Of a stretch of 64,000 bases of DNA, positions 13,401-28,682 are shown piece by piece. The notes under the pieces were generated by a model. That model searched no databases, had not been told where the DNA came from, and was given only the letters and a program-made list of their open reading frames with translations. The DNA lies in NCBI RefSeq assembly GCF_009914755.1, contig NC_060932.1; one strand, given 5' to 3'. The DNA is from the human T2T-CHM13v2.0 reference genome, Homo sapiens. The position numbers were made by a program, and so were the translations under genes. Every line of letters begins with the position of its first letter. Position 1 is the stretch's first letter.

Positions 13401-16059
13401 CATGCATTTAATGCAAGGGACACTCAGCCATGTTTCACTATGTGCAGACACCAGGCCAGATGCCCTGTAAGGTGGATCCCGACATGAGGGGAAGGCCCAT
13501 CAGAAGGAAGACACCAGGGACATGGGTCTGCCCTGCGAGTTCCGCTGTCCCCTCACAGGGGAGGTCCCAGCATGCCCAGCCCCGCCTAAGGGAAGCAGAA
13601 TGCGCATCCACCGACAGGACCAGGCCCACCTCTTCCTGGCCGCGGCAGCCCCTTAAACCCGTGTCAGAGCAGATGCTGAGTGAGGCCAGAAATGTTCATT
13701 TGGTCATTATCTTAAAAGACTACAAAGTAAGTCTCCACATGTACTTCATCGCTTAAAATTCTAGTGTGTAGGGTGAGATGGGCAAATGATAAGTCTTGAT
13801 AAAAATTATGGAGCAGTTTTCTTGGAAATTCAAAGGAAAGCCAGAGTCTGCTAAGGCCTTGGATGGTGATGAATTGCTTCCTGGTCATGATCTCCTCTGC
13901 CTGCTGGAGGCCCAGGGCTGGATGATGCTGGGGGAGAGGCTCGCTGGACAGAGGGAACCAGCATGTGCCACCTAATGCGTCTCGGGCCCAGTAATCTGCT
14001 GTCCCTCTGCCCCAGGGAGGGGTCTGTGGGGCACACTCTGCCTGCTCCTGGGCCCCTGCAGGGTCGCCCTCCCCAGCCTGCAGGCCCCATAATCTGAATC
14101 ACAGCCTCCTATCCCTCTGCTCTGTGAGCAGAGGCTTCAGAAGGGCAGTCATGCATGTCTTGGCTTTATATCTTCTTTCCCTTTGTCAAAATTATGCAAA
14201 ATCTCCAGGAAAACAAATAATCAGTTACAACAAATAACCGGAGTCAGATCTCTGGCTCAGGAAATTCCTGGGCTCACATGTTTGCTCGGAAGAGGTTCCC
14301 ACAGCCCGGCCGTTATTTTTTATCTATCCCCGCAGGATGTCCTCCTCCTCTCGCCTCCAGGGTCCCCTGCTTCCTGTCCGCATTCCCACAGCTGCCGAGG
14401 CCACAGCTCCAGTGCGCGAGGAGGGTCCTCAGTGTCTGCCCGGGCTGGTAGCTCTGTGCAGAAACGTGGCAGATGTGCAGCATCAGGAATCAAAACAGTG
14501 TTCCCACCACGCAGCACATTCTTCCTCCCCAGTCCCGTTCATTTCCTCTCCACGGGATGTGGAGCAATTTCCCTCATCTGTTGCTCACTCAGTGGATTTG
14601 GCATTTTGTGAATTTTACAATGATACTTAGATTCCTCCCGAATCTGTTCCAAGAGGAAAAAAAAAAAACCAACAAAAAAAAACCAGAATTGATGATTCGG
14701 TCACAGACTCTGTTTCTGCTTGAGGCGTTTCTGGTTTTGTGTGAGACGCAGGTGAAACCAGGGAGCAGAGGAAGGAGATAGGCGACCACATGGGGTCTTG
14801 AGTCTTGGCATCCCAAGAATGCCCTGATGAGCTGGGGTCCTCTGTTTCTGGAGAAAACATGAAAAGTCTGCAAGATAAAAGAAGAAATCAAAAGGCAGTT
14901 TCTGTTCATAGTGTGCTGGACGAATTCCATGCAGCACTACTGCAATATTGCCTTGGCACAGAGGGTGCTCTGGTGGGAGGTGGAAAGAGGGCATGCACTC
15001 AGTATGTGACCGCCGTCCTCCGGAGACTGTGGAAAATAGCCCACTGCAGCAGCTTCCTCCTGTACTCCCAGGCTCTGCACGGCCCCCTTGGCTCAAACTC
15101 TTTGTTTTCCTCTTCCATTAGCAACCGGGAAGGCAAACTCACATTCGCCGCTCCTCACGGGGAGCCGGCCCCTTTTGATGTCATCCCATTTGATTCTCAC
15201 AACACCAGTGTAAGCAGCATTATGCCCATTTTATGGATGAGGAAACTGGGCTCAGAAAGAATTTATGTTGGTTTTTTTTTTTCTTTGGCTTCTTGCTGCT
15301 TGAGAGAAATGGGCTGTTTTTCAGGGACTCTCATTCTTGCTACCTGATTTCCCCCTTGGTCCCAGCAGTACAGTGGGTTTCACAGATGCTGTCCCAGGGG
15401 AGCATGGCTCCCCCAGTGTCTGCACACACTAGGTGCCAATCATGTGTTGAAGGGAGCCAAAGCCCCAATCTGTGTTCTTTGTGCAAAGGTGGAATGGGCA
15501 GGAAGCGCCTAGCAGCTTTGCTCTGTGACCTTTCAGTTTTGTGTGTGTTCAGATATTCCCACCAGCTCATGGGTCTGTTCGCCTTACACTGGGGGTGGAA
15601 AAGGTTATTGACTCTTTTTGCACTCCTAAGGCAAGTCTATGAAATACTTTTCTTTTTCTGCCCTGCTTAGAAGGCCTGGATTTCTGCATCTCAACCCCAT
15701 GGGTGCCACTGGGCGAGGCTGGCTGCCTGGGAGCCGGTTTCAGTGTGGCAATGGTCCTGCAGGAACCTATTAATAGCCTTTATTTCCAGTATGTGCCCTG
15801 TAAAGCCAAGCCTCATTTTTAGCAGCTCCGTTACTCACAATTCTAGGAAAAGTTTCCTTTGAATGTCTTCCTGCCAGAGGACTGGCGGTTCAACTCCCTC
15901 CACCTCTTAGGGAAGAGGAGAGAAGAGGAGCCCAAAGACAGACAGTGGGGACCCGTCCTTTACAGCAGCTGCTCACACTCTAGCTCTTCCTGAAGAGGCA
16001 CCACCTTTGTTCAGAGAGCTGCCTGGATGGGCTTCCTGGAGGAGGAGGGCAGGATGATG

Positions 16060-16760
16060 CTTGGCCACCCGAAGCTGAAGTCATGCTTGACTCATCTCTT
16101 CCTTCCATGCTGCTCTCCCAGTGCATCACACATTCGATCAGCTTCCCCTTCAAAGTACGTGCAGAAGCCAGCCTTTCTCACCACATCCAGCTCTGCCTAG
16201 CTCCCCAGGCTGCCATCATTTCTCACTGGCCTCCCTGCAAGCCCCCGGCCTGGTCTCCCCTTCCCTCAGCTCACACCTTGTATCTCTGAAAACTGACAGA
16301 GGGCTCTTACAGCATGTCACGCTCAGCTCAACTGCTGCTAGCCACTCTCTGTCTCATGCTGAGCAAGAGGCAGTCTCCAGTAGCCTGTGTGCCTGATGGC
16401 CTGGGTCCTTCCTGCCTCTTTGCCCTATTCCTTGCTCCTTCCCTTCCTATGCCAACCACCCTACCCCTGTCCTGTGCTGCCACTGTCCCTGCCTCTATGT
16501 TTCGCACATGCTATCTCCCCCATCTGGAACGCTCTTCCTCCAGGAAACATCCTGGCTCTGCACTGATGTCCCCTTATCCAGGAAGTCTTCCAGGACTGCA
16601 ACTCTCAGCCCTGGCAACACCAATGCCCCTGCTCTTTCACTTCTGTCCTTTGCCTCATCGTGACCTAGTAGACAAGCCACCTGTCTGCTGCCTGGCTCCC
16701 ACCACTGTGAGGAAGCCCCAGCAGTACCCTCTCGGGATATGTGCTTGCTGTGTTTGCTCA
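16060..16760 (+). mobile_element. Highly degraded L2 fragments
   Basis: Pyrimidine-rich L2-like segments (agtcatgcttgactcatctctt, tttcgcacatgctatctccccca); weak match. Confidence 0.4.
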
Positions 16761-19014
16761 AGGAACGAGGGCTGAGCTAGGTCGACATGACATAGCCAAA
16801 CTGCTTTGCACTGGGGATGAACAGCACTTTGCCAATGATGGGGAGAGGCAAGAGGGCGGAGGAGAGGGGTGGCACATTCAGAGGGGCTATGGCCTGGGTG
16901 CAGCTGTGCCTGCTGGCTTGGAAACAGGCTTGTCCCAGGCAGAGCTTTATGGTATGATATGACTGCCTCCTCTCCTCACCTGAATATGTCTTTGAGTTTC
17001 TTTTTTTTTCTTGATGGTCAATAATTAAGAGGACTGAGTCACACTGTGTGCTGATCACTAAATAGTTCACACTCATGGGAGCCAGAGGCAGGAGAATATG
17101 AGCCGCTCACCTCAGGTGAGTCTCTGAAATCTTAGTGAGAGTGTTGGCCATGCACAAAACATGGAGACTGGATGCTAATCAGTCTTGCGTAGACTTAAGG
17201 TAGGTGACCTCTGCTTACCCCTAGATATACTCATGAACGCCTTAGGTACCTTTTACTAGAAGAGCCACAGCTGATGCTCAGAACAGAAGGAAGAGAACAG
17301 AGGGAAGTGTGGAGTCAGGAACTCGGTGTTCCTGTTGGAGGAACCTCAGGGAGGGAGGCAGCCGCATTATACGTCAGCATCAACTGCCAAATTGTGGAAC
17401 AGAACATTGAAGGAAACTTCGCAGCATCTTGCCAGCTCGTCCTCTGGCTTGGGCTGGTGGAGGAGGCTAAAACCATAGCTGCCTGTCTGTCTTTGTCCCT
17501 GCTCTAGTGCTGGCAGGGTGGGACAGCCTCCACACTCTTCCCCAAATGGAATGCATGGGAGACTGAGGCACGAAGGATTACTCTTCATGACAAAGCAAGG
17601 CAGTGCTTCTGGAGAAGGGTTCTCTCTGCCAAGACATCACATTCTCTTTACAAGCAGCTAAAAATGATAAACATTACAACTTCTAAAAAAATACTCAGAA
17701 CTTGGTACTTCTACTCAGTGCACCTGGTTTTCTTTCTAGAGTATCAAAGAACAAGCTTGTTCCCTCTTTTACTAATACTTTTGTTGAAAATCTGTTGGGG
17801 CAGCTCAAACTCTCTGGCCAGCAGAGCAGATTACTATTAGATTGTAAGAATAAATAATATAAAATCTATGGTGAGAACCGACGACTCCCTGTGTGCCCAG
17901 ACCATACTCCGCCATTTCCTCCTAGGCTGGTGGGTTTCTGAGGTTGGCTCCATTGCAGCTGGAGAGGCTCTGAGGTTAAATCACTGTGGGTTGCCCAACG
18001 TTAGAAAGGCACCCGTGTGGGAAGAAAGGGCTGAGGACCGTCCAAGTACTAGCACAGCCCCAGACATGGAAATACTACTCACATACTGAAGGAGGAAACC
18101 CTCCCAGCCACATCAGTGTGTGGGGTGTGGGGACGGCATGGCACCAGAAGTCTCTGAGGCTGGCACTCTTGTCTCTACTTCTGTCTTGCCTGCCTGAAGC
18201 CAGATAGTGATATCAAGCCATCCAGCTTTTCTGTGAATAACTTAATGCTAATGGCCCTGTCTTCCCCAACAGTGCTGGCCACTGTTGCACTCTGCATTGC
18301 CCCAGGGTTGTGAGAGCGTAAAAGACCTTCTACCCAGTTTGGACTCCCCTCTGCCTTCACCTCCCTTTAACTCCTGTGGTGTTCCTTGGGCCCCTCAGTC
18401 TAAGTAAGGTTGATAAATGTCAGCAGCTCAGCTTACTTCTACTCGGATCAGTATAGAGAAATCAAGGTGAGAAGCAGGTGGCCCTGGGGCAGATAGAGGA
18501 GCCTGGGTGGTTGCTGAGAGCCCCAAGGGCCAGATCTGGGGCTCAGAGGACACTGCGGGCTCTCTCGGATGCCCGCCAGGGACTCCTGGCAGGATCATTA
18601 GTCTAGCAGGCAAGTAATGAGTTTCAAATGACAAGGAACAATAGAAAGGAGGCCTTTTGGTGTCCCCCTTTCAACTCCTCCCTTTCTTTTTCACCCTCCT
18701 TTCCAGAAACAAATAAAAACTAGAAATAGCTGAAAGCCCACACTTAAATTCCTCCAGGGCCAGCTTCTCAGGCTGAGCGTTGCCTGCTCTTGGAGGAGTT
18801 GGGATGGCTGTGCATGGCATTTGTGAGGGTTCCTGTGATTTCTGTGTTTTCTCCCCGTGAGGGGTCCAGGGCCCAGGGTGGCAGTGGACAGCTGCAGGGA
18901 TGGTGCTGGGGCATGCAGGAGCTGACAGTGGTGGCTGAGCCCCTTTTCAGGGGGTCTCTGACAGATGCCTGCTGAAACACTGAGGCTACTCCTACCCCCG
19001 ACAGCTCTCAGCTA

Positions 19015-19345
<331 letters not shown>

Positions 19346-20984
19346 TGTATATGTAGAACTACCATTTGATCCAGCAGCCCCACTACTGAGTATCTACTCA
19401 GAGGAAAATAAATCATTATGTCAGAAAGACACCTGCACTGGTGTGTTTATCACAGCACTCTTTACACCAGCAAAGGTACAGAGTCAACTTCAGTGTGTCC
19501 AACTTTGGACAAAGAAAGCGTGGTATATACACACAATGGAATACTATTCAGCCATAAAAAGAATGAAATCATGTTTTTTGCAGCAACATGGATTGAACTG
19601 GAGGCCATTAGCTTAAGTGAAACAAGTCAGTCAAATATCAAGTGTTCTCACTCATAAGTGGGTGCTCACTAATGTGTACACATGCAGGTACACATTAGAC
19701 ACTGCAGATGGGGAAGGATGGGAGGGTGGAGTGAGGGATGAGAAATTACTTAGTAAGTACAACCTTCACTGTTAGGGTGATGTTTTCCCTAAAAGTCTGG
19801 ACTTCACCACTGTGCAGTATATCCATGTAACAAATCTGCGCTTGTATCCCTTAAATTTATGTCAAAAAAAGGTGATTTAACAGGAGACCTATGATGAAGT
19901 AAGACGTGGATCATGGCTAAACATGAGTGCCTTTTGCCTCCCCTTGCTCTCTGTTTTCCCATTTTAGAACCCAGTGAGAGGAGTCCCCTCTTCTGCACAG
20001 TGCTGTCTTTTGCTGAAGGGACCCAAAGCTGTTGCTGGAATCAGATGGGGCACCAAGGACTGCTGTTAACAGGGCCCTAATGAATCTCTGAGTGCTGGCT
20101 GAGAGAGGAGTTGCCTGGGATTTGGTTATATAGCCAACCTGACTTTCTCGTGAGAGCCGATTTGTTGTTAAGTTACCTGGGCCCTCTGTGCTGGTCTCCT
20201 CTCCTTCCCACCTTCAGAGCAGTTGGATACTTGGGTTCAAGAGCCAGAGGGACACAGCTTCGGATCCTGACATGGTTCTTGTTCTGCTTTCATTATTTAA
20301 TTCACCTCCTCAGGCTTCAGTTTCCTCGTCCATCTCCTGGGCCTCATACCAGCACCCGCCCCACGGAGGAGCTCTGAGTGCTGAGTGAGACAGTTGCTGT
20401 AACATATTTGGTACAGTCTAGGCTCACAGTAAAGATTCAATAAATATTGGTTCTAGCCTATCTTGGGGACTGGAACCTAAATCAACTTCCAAAAATCTGA
20501 AGACTGACAAGTAGATTTTGAGGCACAAAGAAAAATCATAGTTAGAATTTTTCAGCTTTTCCTCAGTGTAGAACAAAGGGAGGAATTGCCAAATAAAATA
20601 CCAGTTATCCAGAATCATAATGAATGGACTCTTCCAGGAAAGTGATTTTTTTGGATGGTGGAGATTTTAACCCTTTGTAATAGAGGCATTTAAATGTGAC
20701 AATCTTTTTGAAATATACTTTCCAATTTCCTGCAGTCTTACGCAAAGTTTCCAGGACATAATTCATCCATTTTCTCCTGTCCCAGGTTGTCATTGTCTAC
20801 ATCAATTTTACTGTGCTGTGTTTTAGCTGGAGATGGTGCAGGAAAGAAGGCTTTCTGCTAGTGCGACAGGTCTCTGTGCTTTTCTGTGTAGTGAATGTCT
20901 GCCTCACTGCTCTGAGCTGCTGGGGGTGTGGGGTGCTTGTGCCCGCTCCTGAGAGTTCTTTGTTCTCCTCCTGGCTGGCTCTAA

Positions 20985-21479
<495 letters not shown>

Positions 21480-24400
21480 ATTTCCCAGTTTTATTTTACT
21501 TTTTATCTTTCTTCACAAACACTTAGGGGGGCCTAAACCTTCACTCCTGATGGGTCTCAGGGTCTTTGTTGGATGGGTGGACTGTCTGCAGGTCTGCCCT
21601 TGGCTGAGGAGGAACTGGAAGTGGAGAAATAAAGTCGGGACTGAAAGTGTTTCTACATCCAAAGTTTCCATGGCTGATGGCAGTAGTTCTGCAGGTAGGA
21701 AATGCAGTGACATTTGCCTGCCCTCCCCGTTGAGAGATGGAGCCAACCCTCAGAAGCTCAGATGCTTATTCGAAATGCATGCTTTGAAGGAGAGTCAGGG
21801 TAGACCTGGGTCAGGTGATTCCTCATCCAGCGCCTTCTGTTCCCCTGCAGTTCCGGGGATAGAGCCCATGTTCAACTGCGAGGAATGTGCAGAAAAATTT
21901 ATAAGAATAGCAACAATGGTTTGTGCTTAAAATGAGATCACACATGTAATTATTGCAGTTTCTGCATGTGTTTGATTTTCTATCTTTAGGATTGCCCAAA
22001 TAGCAACTTTTAATTAAATATCAAATTCCAAATAGTCCAAGTATGAATAAAACCCTCATGTAAAAACAAGAAGCTTTGCCAGGAAAACACACACACAGAC
22101 ACACAGACGGCCCTCTTTCCAAGGTTCCTCTTCTCTTGCAGTTAGAGCCCTGTGTATGCCACAGCTGGGTTCTTGGACCCCACCAGCTCTCCATAACTGA
22201 GAGTGTTATGCAGGCCACGTGCATGCAAGATCACAAAAGCCCATCCTGTCTCCATTTTGCTTTTCAAAACACAGCACGGCACACAAGCTTGTTTTGCAAA
22301 GATTGATTGGTGAAATTCCAAATTTACCACTAGTGGTATCTAAACGAGGGCCCGGCCTGGTTTGGAGGAAGCAGGTCAGTTGTGAAGAGCCTGGCACCTC
22401 CCCCGGAAGAGCTCAGGCCTTCTTCGTGAAGCTTCTACCCAGCCTGAACTTGCTTCCTTGTGACACGTGACATGACACATTGCTGTGGCCTGGAGAAGGG
22501 TGCAGTGGTCTTGTTTCATTCTCTGTGAATGGGTTGGGAGTAGCCCCGGCCGAGGCTGGCACACAGTGACACCTGGTAAATGGCGCTGCTTTCTGTTTGC
22601 TGTGATCGCTGTGAGGCCTGCGTTCCTTCACCGCTCATGCTGCCCTCCAGGCCTGATGAAGTGAGGCCCTGAGATGGGCAGGCAGCTGTGGACATGGAAA
22701 GAGCTGGGACATTTCAGACATCCTTTGAAGGAGCTGGTGACTTGGGTTGGGTAGAAAGGATAAATTGGAGATAAGTTGCGAAGGCAGGACATGAGGCTAT
22801 GATGCTGCCAAGACATCTAGGAGGGCTCCCCGCTGGTGCTGGAGGGGAGATGGGGTGCCTGGAGCACGAGGGTACTGACCCACTGTGTGCTCCCTGTGGG
22901 AACAGGATATGGCTGGCAGGAGCCCCGGCAGGTGGGACAGATGCAGGACACACCTGCCCCAAGCCAGAGTGGGATTGCAGCCACCCTGGCCTGAGTTTCC
23001 AGGGCTGACCCAGCTGACCACAGGCCTGGTGCTCAATTTCCTGCACTCCCAAACTCGGCTGCATTCCTGGGAGCTGTGCAAGCCCTGGGAATGGTTTCTC
23101 CACCTCCTGCCTGCCTTCACCTTCTCCTTCCTGGGCCCAGGTCACCTTTCTCACTGTTTCCCCTGCCCTCGAGGACTACTCAACATGTTCTAGGAGACGA
23201 ATGGAGTGGCGTTTGAACCACAACAAGGTCTTGCTCCCTCAGCCTCCTTGGACCAGGATTCCCATCAGTCTCTGGTCCGTCTCTGGTCAAGCATGGACGA
23301 CCCCAACGTCCGCAGAGGCCAGCCTGCTCTGTGGCTAAATGGCTCTGTCATATTTGCAGAATGATTTTCTGTGTGTTTTACTTAGTGGCTTCCCCCCTGC
23401 ATGTTAGAGTATTTATAGAGAAACAGAAGCCTTATGGGTCCTTTCTATCTCAATATGGAAGTAGCTGAGAAAGAAGGACTGCAGCTGAAAGGCAGCAGAT
23501 TAAAACTTCTAGACCCAGGGTGGATGAATGGCCGGATTCTTTTTATAATTTCCCAAGCTCAGTAATGAATGAAAGATAAACAAATAGTGGTGCAAATAGT
23601 GAAAACCAAATTAGATTTGAGGTTTCTCCCCCCTCCAAGTTCATAATAAGTAATCCAAACAGTTATCATTCGGGGGGGTGAGGAAGTGATACTGTAAAAA
23701 TAAATGCGTTTCTCCGACTAGCATCCTTTGTCCTTGTGTGTTCTTGCAGTGTGAGAAGGGCTTGCTGCCCGCGGCTCCACTGCAGAGTTCGGCAGTCACC
23801 AAGAAACGACTCCCCAAGAAGCAAGGAAAGCATTAGTTAAATGGGAAAGGAGATCATTTCAGGCCTGGGGTCCCCTGTGAGGAAGGGAAACTTGGGAAAG
23901 TGTAAGACACTCTGTGTTCTTAGAAGCTGGAAACCTGTATCCAAAACCACCCCCAGGGTTTTGATTTTATAAGCTCTTTTGAAAGTGAAGAATGAATTTG
24001 TTTTTACGTTTTACTCATTTATTTTTGAGGAGAATGACTTTTTAAAATGAAGAGTCAGGATGACAGTGGTTCCAAGTCAAGTTCCAAATTGTGGCAGGTC
24101 CTTACTTAGTATGACCCGCAAGAAAGAACCAACATGAGGTGGGCAGCTTTGAAAAGGGACACAACCTTGGGGCTGGGTTTTGCTTTCACCTCCCTCTGCC
24201 TCCTGCTACTTGGCTCAGTGTCCAGGCCAGGAAATGGCCCGGATGGTTCCTCAGGCTCTGTGTTCCAGACAGCAGCCCTGGGAATTCCAGCTCAGCCCCT
24301 CCACCCAGACCTGCGTGGAGGCACAGTGGTGTTAATCCAAGACAGGCCGCCTGTCTAGGGACTAGGGAAAACAGAATGGAATGCCTTCCCATTGGTTTCT

Positions 24401-25257
24401 CCAAAGTAGTCCCTGGGAAAATGAAACACTTACCATTCTCACCTTGAGAAATAACTATCTCTCTTTCTTAGCAATAAAATATGACCCCCCACATTGTACT
24501 GCTAGTATTGTGGCTAAATAGTCTGTATCCAAAACCCTTAAAACATGTCTGTCTTTCATGTGCTGCTTTTCCCCAGCTGCAGGGTAACGTGCTATGCTTT
24601 AATTTTTTTCCAACTGATTAATTAATCTAGTCTGAACAAGGATAGAAAACCGAATTTTCCAATGGCATTAACAAACACTATTTACGTTATCTGAGCCTTT
24701 TCTTTACGTATACAACCTCTGTCCTTACGCACCGTCCACATTCTGCACATACAGAAAAGGAGATTCAGCTGGGCTGTGGAGTTACTGAGGGGCAGAGGCG
24801 GGATCTGAACCCAGCTCTGCTCTGACTGTGGCCTGTTGCTCTCTGTTGCACCCTGTTGCCCTCCGAAGGGCAGCAGTAGCGTTAGGCACAGTTGTAGGGA
24901 AACACTCTTCATGCTTATCATGTGTTCTTGAGTTGTGGTATTCATAGCTTTCAATGGATTGTTTAGTCACACCAAGCACAATTCCCGTTGGATGCTTTTA
25001 TTTTTCATACTTGTTTTGAGGATTGCTCTTAAAGCTCTTAAGAATAACACATGGACCCTTGACTAAATGGAATGTCCTCTGATCATGCAAATCACTGAGA
25101 AGTTCTATGTGCAGCATAACTGACTGAAATTAGTACAGAATCATGAAGTTTGGCCTTTTGAAATAGGTGGAGGGCAGTAGATTCTTTTGAAGATCAGATG
25201 CACAATTCTGGACTCATCAGAATCTAACTTGGACCACTGAGTTGATGCCAGATGCTA

Positions 25258-25595
25258 TGTTGTATGTATGTACACGTTTGTGTGCATGTGTGTATGTGTG
25301 TGTGTGTGTGTGTATCTGTGTGTATGTATCTGCGTGTGTCTGTATGTGTGTTTATCTCTGTGTGTATGTGTATTTGTATCTGTGTGTATGTGTATATTCT
25401 TACATGTATATATGTGTATATGTCATGTGTATGCATATATGTGTGTTAGTGTTTATGTGTGTGTTGTGTTTATATATGTGTGCATATGTGTGTATTCATG
25501 TATATGTCTGTGTTATATGTGTATATATGTGTGCATGTGTGTGTGTGTGTGTGTTGTGTGTGTATGTGTGTGTCCATGCATATGTATCTTCGTGT
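25258..25595. repeat. Long degenerate (TG)n/(TA)n microsatellite
   Basis: ~340 bp of alternating purine-pyrimidine TG/TA sequence. Confidence 0.95.
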
Positions 25596-26473
25596 TGACT
25601 TGAGAGGCAAGGACTGTGCTCATCTAACATCCTTCTCTTAACAGAACTTCAATCTCATTGTGAGTGGCAATGAGCTCAGTGGGAAAGGCTCCATTTCTCA
25701 GCTGGCCTTGCTGACAAGTGGCTGCAGGACACTTGTGGCCATGTTATGTGGCAGTGGTCAGTTGAAGCGGGATGGGGAAGCTCCTTCAAAGGGGAGTGGA
25801 GGCTGGCGGCATGTGCTTTTTCCCTTCCTCCCTGCCTTGCCTCCTGGAATGGGGGAGTGGAGGGGTTCAGCGCTGATGGCCAGGTGGGGCCGGCTTGTTC
25901 ATGAGGATGAGAGTGGCTATCAGGGTGACGGCACAGGAGACAGAGGAGCTTGGGACGCTCTGACTTTGAGGGCGGGAGCTGCTGCCTGCAGACTGGCTGT
26001 CGTGTGTGAAGACCCCCTGTTTGGTTTAAGTGGTCCTAGCATAGCCGAAAGCAATCCCCAGTGGAATTGCTTGCATCTCTTCCATACTACACAACTTTTA
26101 CACAACCCCTCTAGAATTCCTCCCTTGATCCCATCACATTCCTGTTGAACTCTAAGGGGGCGGTGTGGGGAGACTTCCTGGAGCAGGCCATGCTGTGGAT
26201 GTGGCTCTGACCCCATCCAGTCTCAGGAGCTCGTCAAGGATGGCCCAGCTTTTCATCAGGAATTTACCTAGGGCAGCCAAAAGATCAGAGAACATGGACT
26301 CAATCATTTCTCAAGTTTGTAAAATGTGCCTAATGGCTCTCGGGAGGAAGAGGTGAAAGGCTGGAGTGGAGGAGAATGATGGTCATGTTTGTGGAGTGAG
26401 TGCCCAGCATCTGTGCACATTCAGTCCACTGAACATTTCTGAAAAATGGCTTTGTGAGGCACGGCCAACCCGT

Positions 26474-26840
26474 CAGATGCACCTTGACTTTCAATGGGGT
26501 TATGTCCCAGCAAACCCATGGTCAGTTGGAAGTACCATTGACAGTGCATTTAATGTACCCACCACACTGAACATTACAGCTTAGCCCAGGCTGCCTTAAC
26601 CACGCTCAGAACACTTGCATTAGCCCACAGTTTGGCAACATCAGCTAACACAAAGCCTGTTTTAGAAAAAAGTGTTGTCTATCTCTTGTAATTTATTGAA
26701 ATTGTACTGAAGGTGAAACACAGAATGTTTTCATGGATATTCAAAGCACAATTTGAGTGCTTTGAGTGCTACATGCGTGTTGCTTTCACACCACCATAAA
26801 GTCAAAAAATCGTGTTAGGCCACGAGTTGGGATGGGCTGT
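26474..26840. mobile_element. MER47A-like Tigger (Tc1/mariner) non-autonomous element
   Basis: cagatgcaccttgactttcaatggggttatgtcc...gctcagaacacttgcattagcc...ctaacacaaagcctgtttt. Confidence 0.75.
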
Positions 26841-27332
26841 ACCAACTATCAGCCAGCATTATGCAAAGTCATAGAAGCCCACGAGTGTCTCAGGGCCATG
26901 AAATTCAACTGGTTTCTCTTTCCTTTTGGACTTTCTGAATAGTGAAAGGACACATTTAGTGGCATTTTATAGATTATTTGTAACTCCCACGCTGTGCCTA
27001 CACTCTAGAGGAGCAGGGGGGAATGCACAGAAATGAACATGCCTCCCCCAAGCTCCCGACGGTTGGTAGTCCACGCTTCCCCACCATACACATGGGCCAA
27101 CCCTGGGCAACAGCACCGCAACGCAAACCTTCCCCAGGGAAAAAACCAAAAATCAGCTAGAACGAATCATGACAATGAAAATAACACATTATACACCGAT
27201 TCCATTTGCTTTCTAATCTGTAGAATAGTTTTAGTATTTTTTTCACATTGACTCAAACCTAAGATGATATTAACCTAAAATGATGACTTAAAATCCAGCA
27301 TGTCTTGAGTTCTTTCTTCAGCATCTTTGTAC

Positions 27333-28270
27333 CATTCATGCATGTGTTTATTTAACAAACACTTACTGAGCACAGAATATATGTGCTGTACCTCACATAC
27401 TTTTTGTGGATTAGGGACATAGAGTTGGGCAAAATTGTGTAGTGGAAGGCAGCTGGTGGGAGAGACAGTAATCAAACCAGCTGAACATTAAACATCTAAC
27501 TGCAAACTTGGTAGATGGTTTGAGGAATAGTGTGCTAGAAGCACCTGAGAGTGGTATTGGTGAGGGTACTAAATGGAGTCAGATTTGGGGTTGGGGGAGG
27601 ACAGGGCCAAGAGGAGCTTCTCCCTCAGGAGGTGTCCTTTGAGCTGAAGTCTGAAGGCCGAGTTAGGTGTGAACTCATTGGTGTCCAGAAGTCCAGGAAC
27701 AAGAGGCCTTTCAGACTGGGAGGGTGGATGCATGGCTCTCTTGGCTGGGTATAAAGGCCAGTTGAGGGTCTTGGGCTGGTGAGGGAGGGCAGCAGACTGA
27801 GTCACAAGCAACAGAGGACCCGGGAGGGAGTAAGTCTGGCCAGGACTGCACTTGACGACCCTGAAGGCTGCAGGGTAGACAAGGAAAAGGCAGGTCAGAG
27901 TGAGGATGACAGGGGATGACCAGGAGGCCTCTTGGGGTGCGGGGCAGGAAACCTGGGCCTGGTGGGCTTTCCTCAGATGCCCACCCATTCAGGAGGCTTA
28001 GTGATAGACTGGACATAGAGGTGAGGGTAGAGGTCATGGGAGGCCTCAGCTCGGGCTCCTTATGTTGGGATCCTACAGAAAGGTGTCAGGGATCCTTTGG
28101 GCAGGGAGGGGCTATGGTGAGTCTGAGGCCCCTTGGGACAGACAGCTAAACGTCCAGTGCATGCTGGTGTCTGCAGGTCTGGAGCCCAGTGTTCAGACAT
28201 GACCAATGGTCACATATTTGGGAGTTCTCAATATGTGGATAGCAAATAAAGCCATGAGTGGGTAAGATTG
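27333..28270 (-). mobile_element. L2 fragments
   Basis: cattcatgcatgtgtttatttaacaaacacttactgagcac; gaggtgtcctttgagctgaagtctgaagg; atttgggagttctcaatatgtggatag. Confidence 0.55.
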
Positions 28271-28414
28271 CTTACAGGGAGAATAAATGTATTTTTGATA
28301 CTACATTTGCAATGCTGACAGTGTGTCTCTTCATGCCGGGGGCCTGGATGGCCACTGTTTGCTGCTAGGCTCCTCCTGCCACCAGTCCATGCGTTACTTT
28401 GTCACTGATATGCT

Positions 28415-28682
<268 letters not shown>

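Noticed and set aside
14805-15347. 180-aa plus-strand ORF
   Set aside because: No recognisable homology; its 3' part runs into MIR-like sequence.
25224-25641. Several Cys/Val/Tyr-rich or His/Thr-rich ORFs
   Set aside because: Translations of the TG/TA microsatellite.
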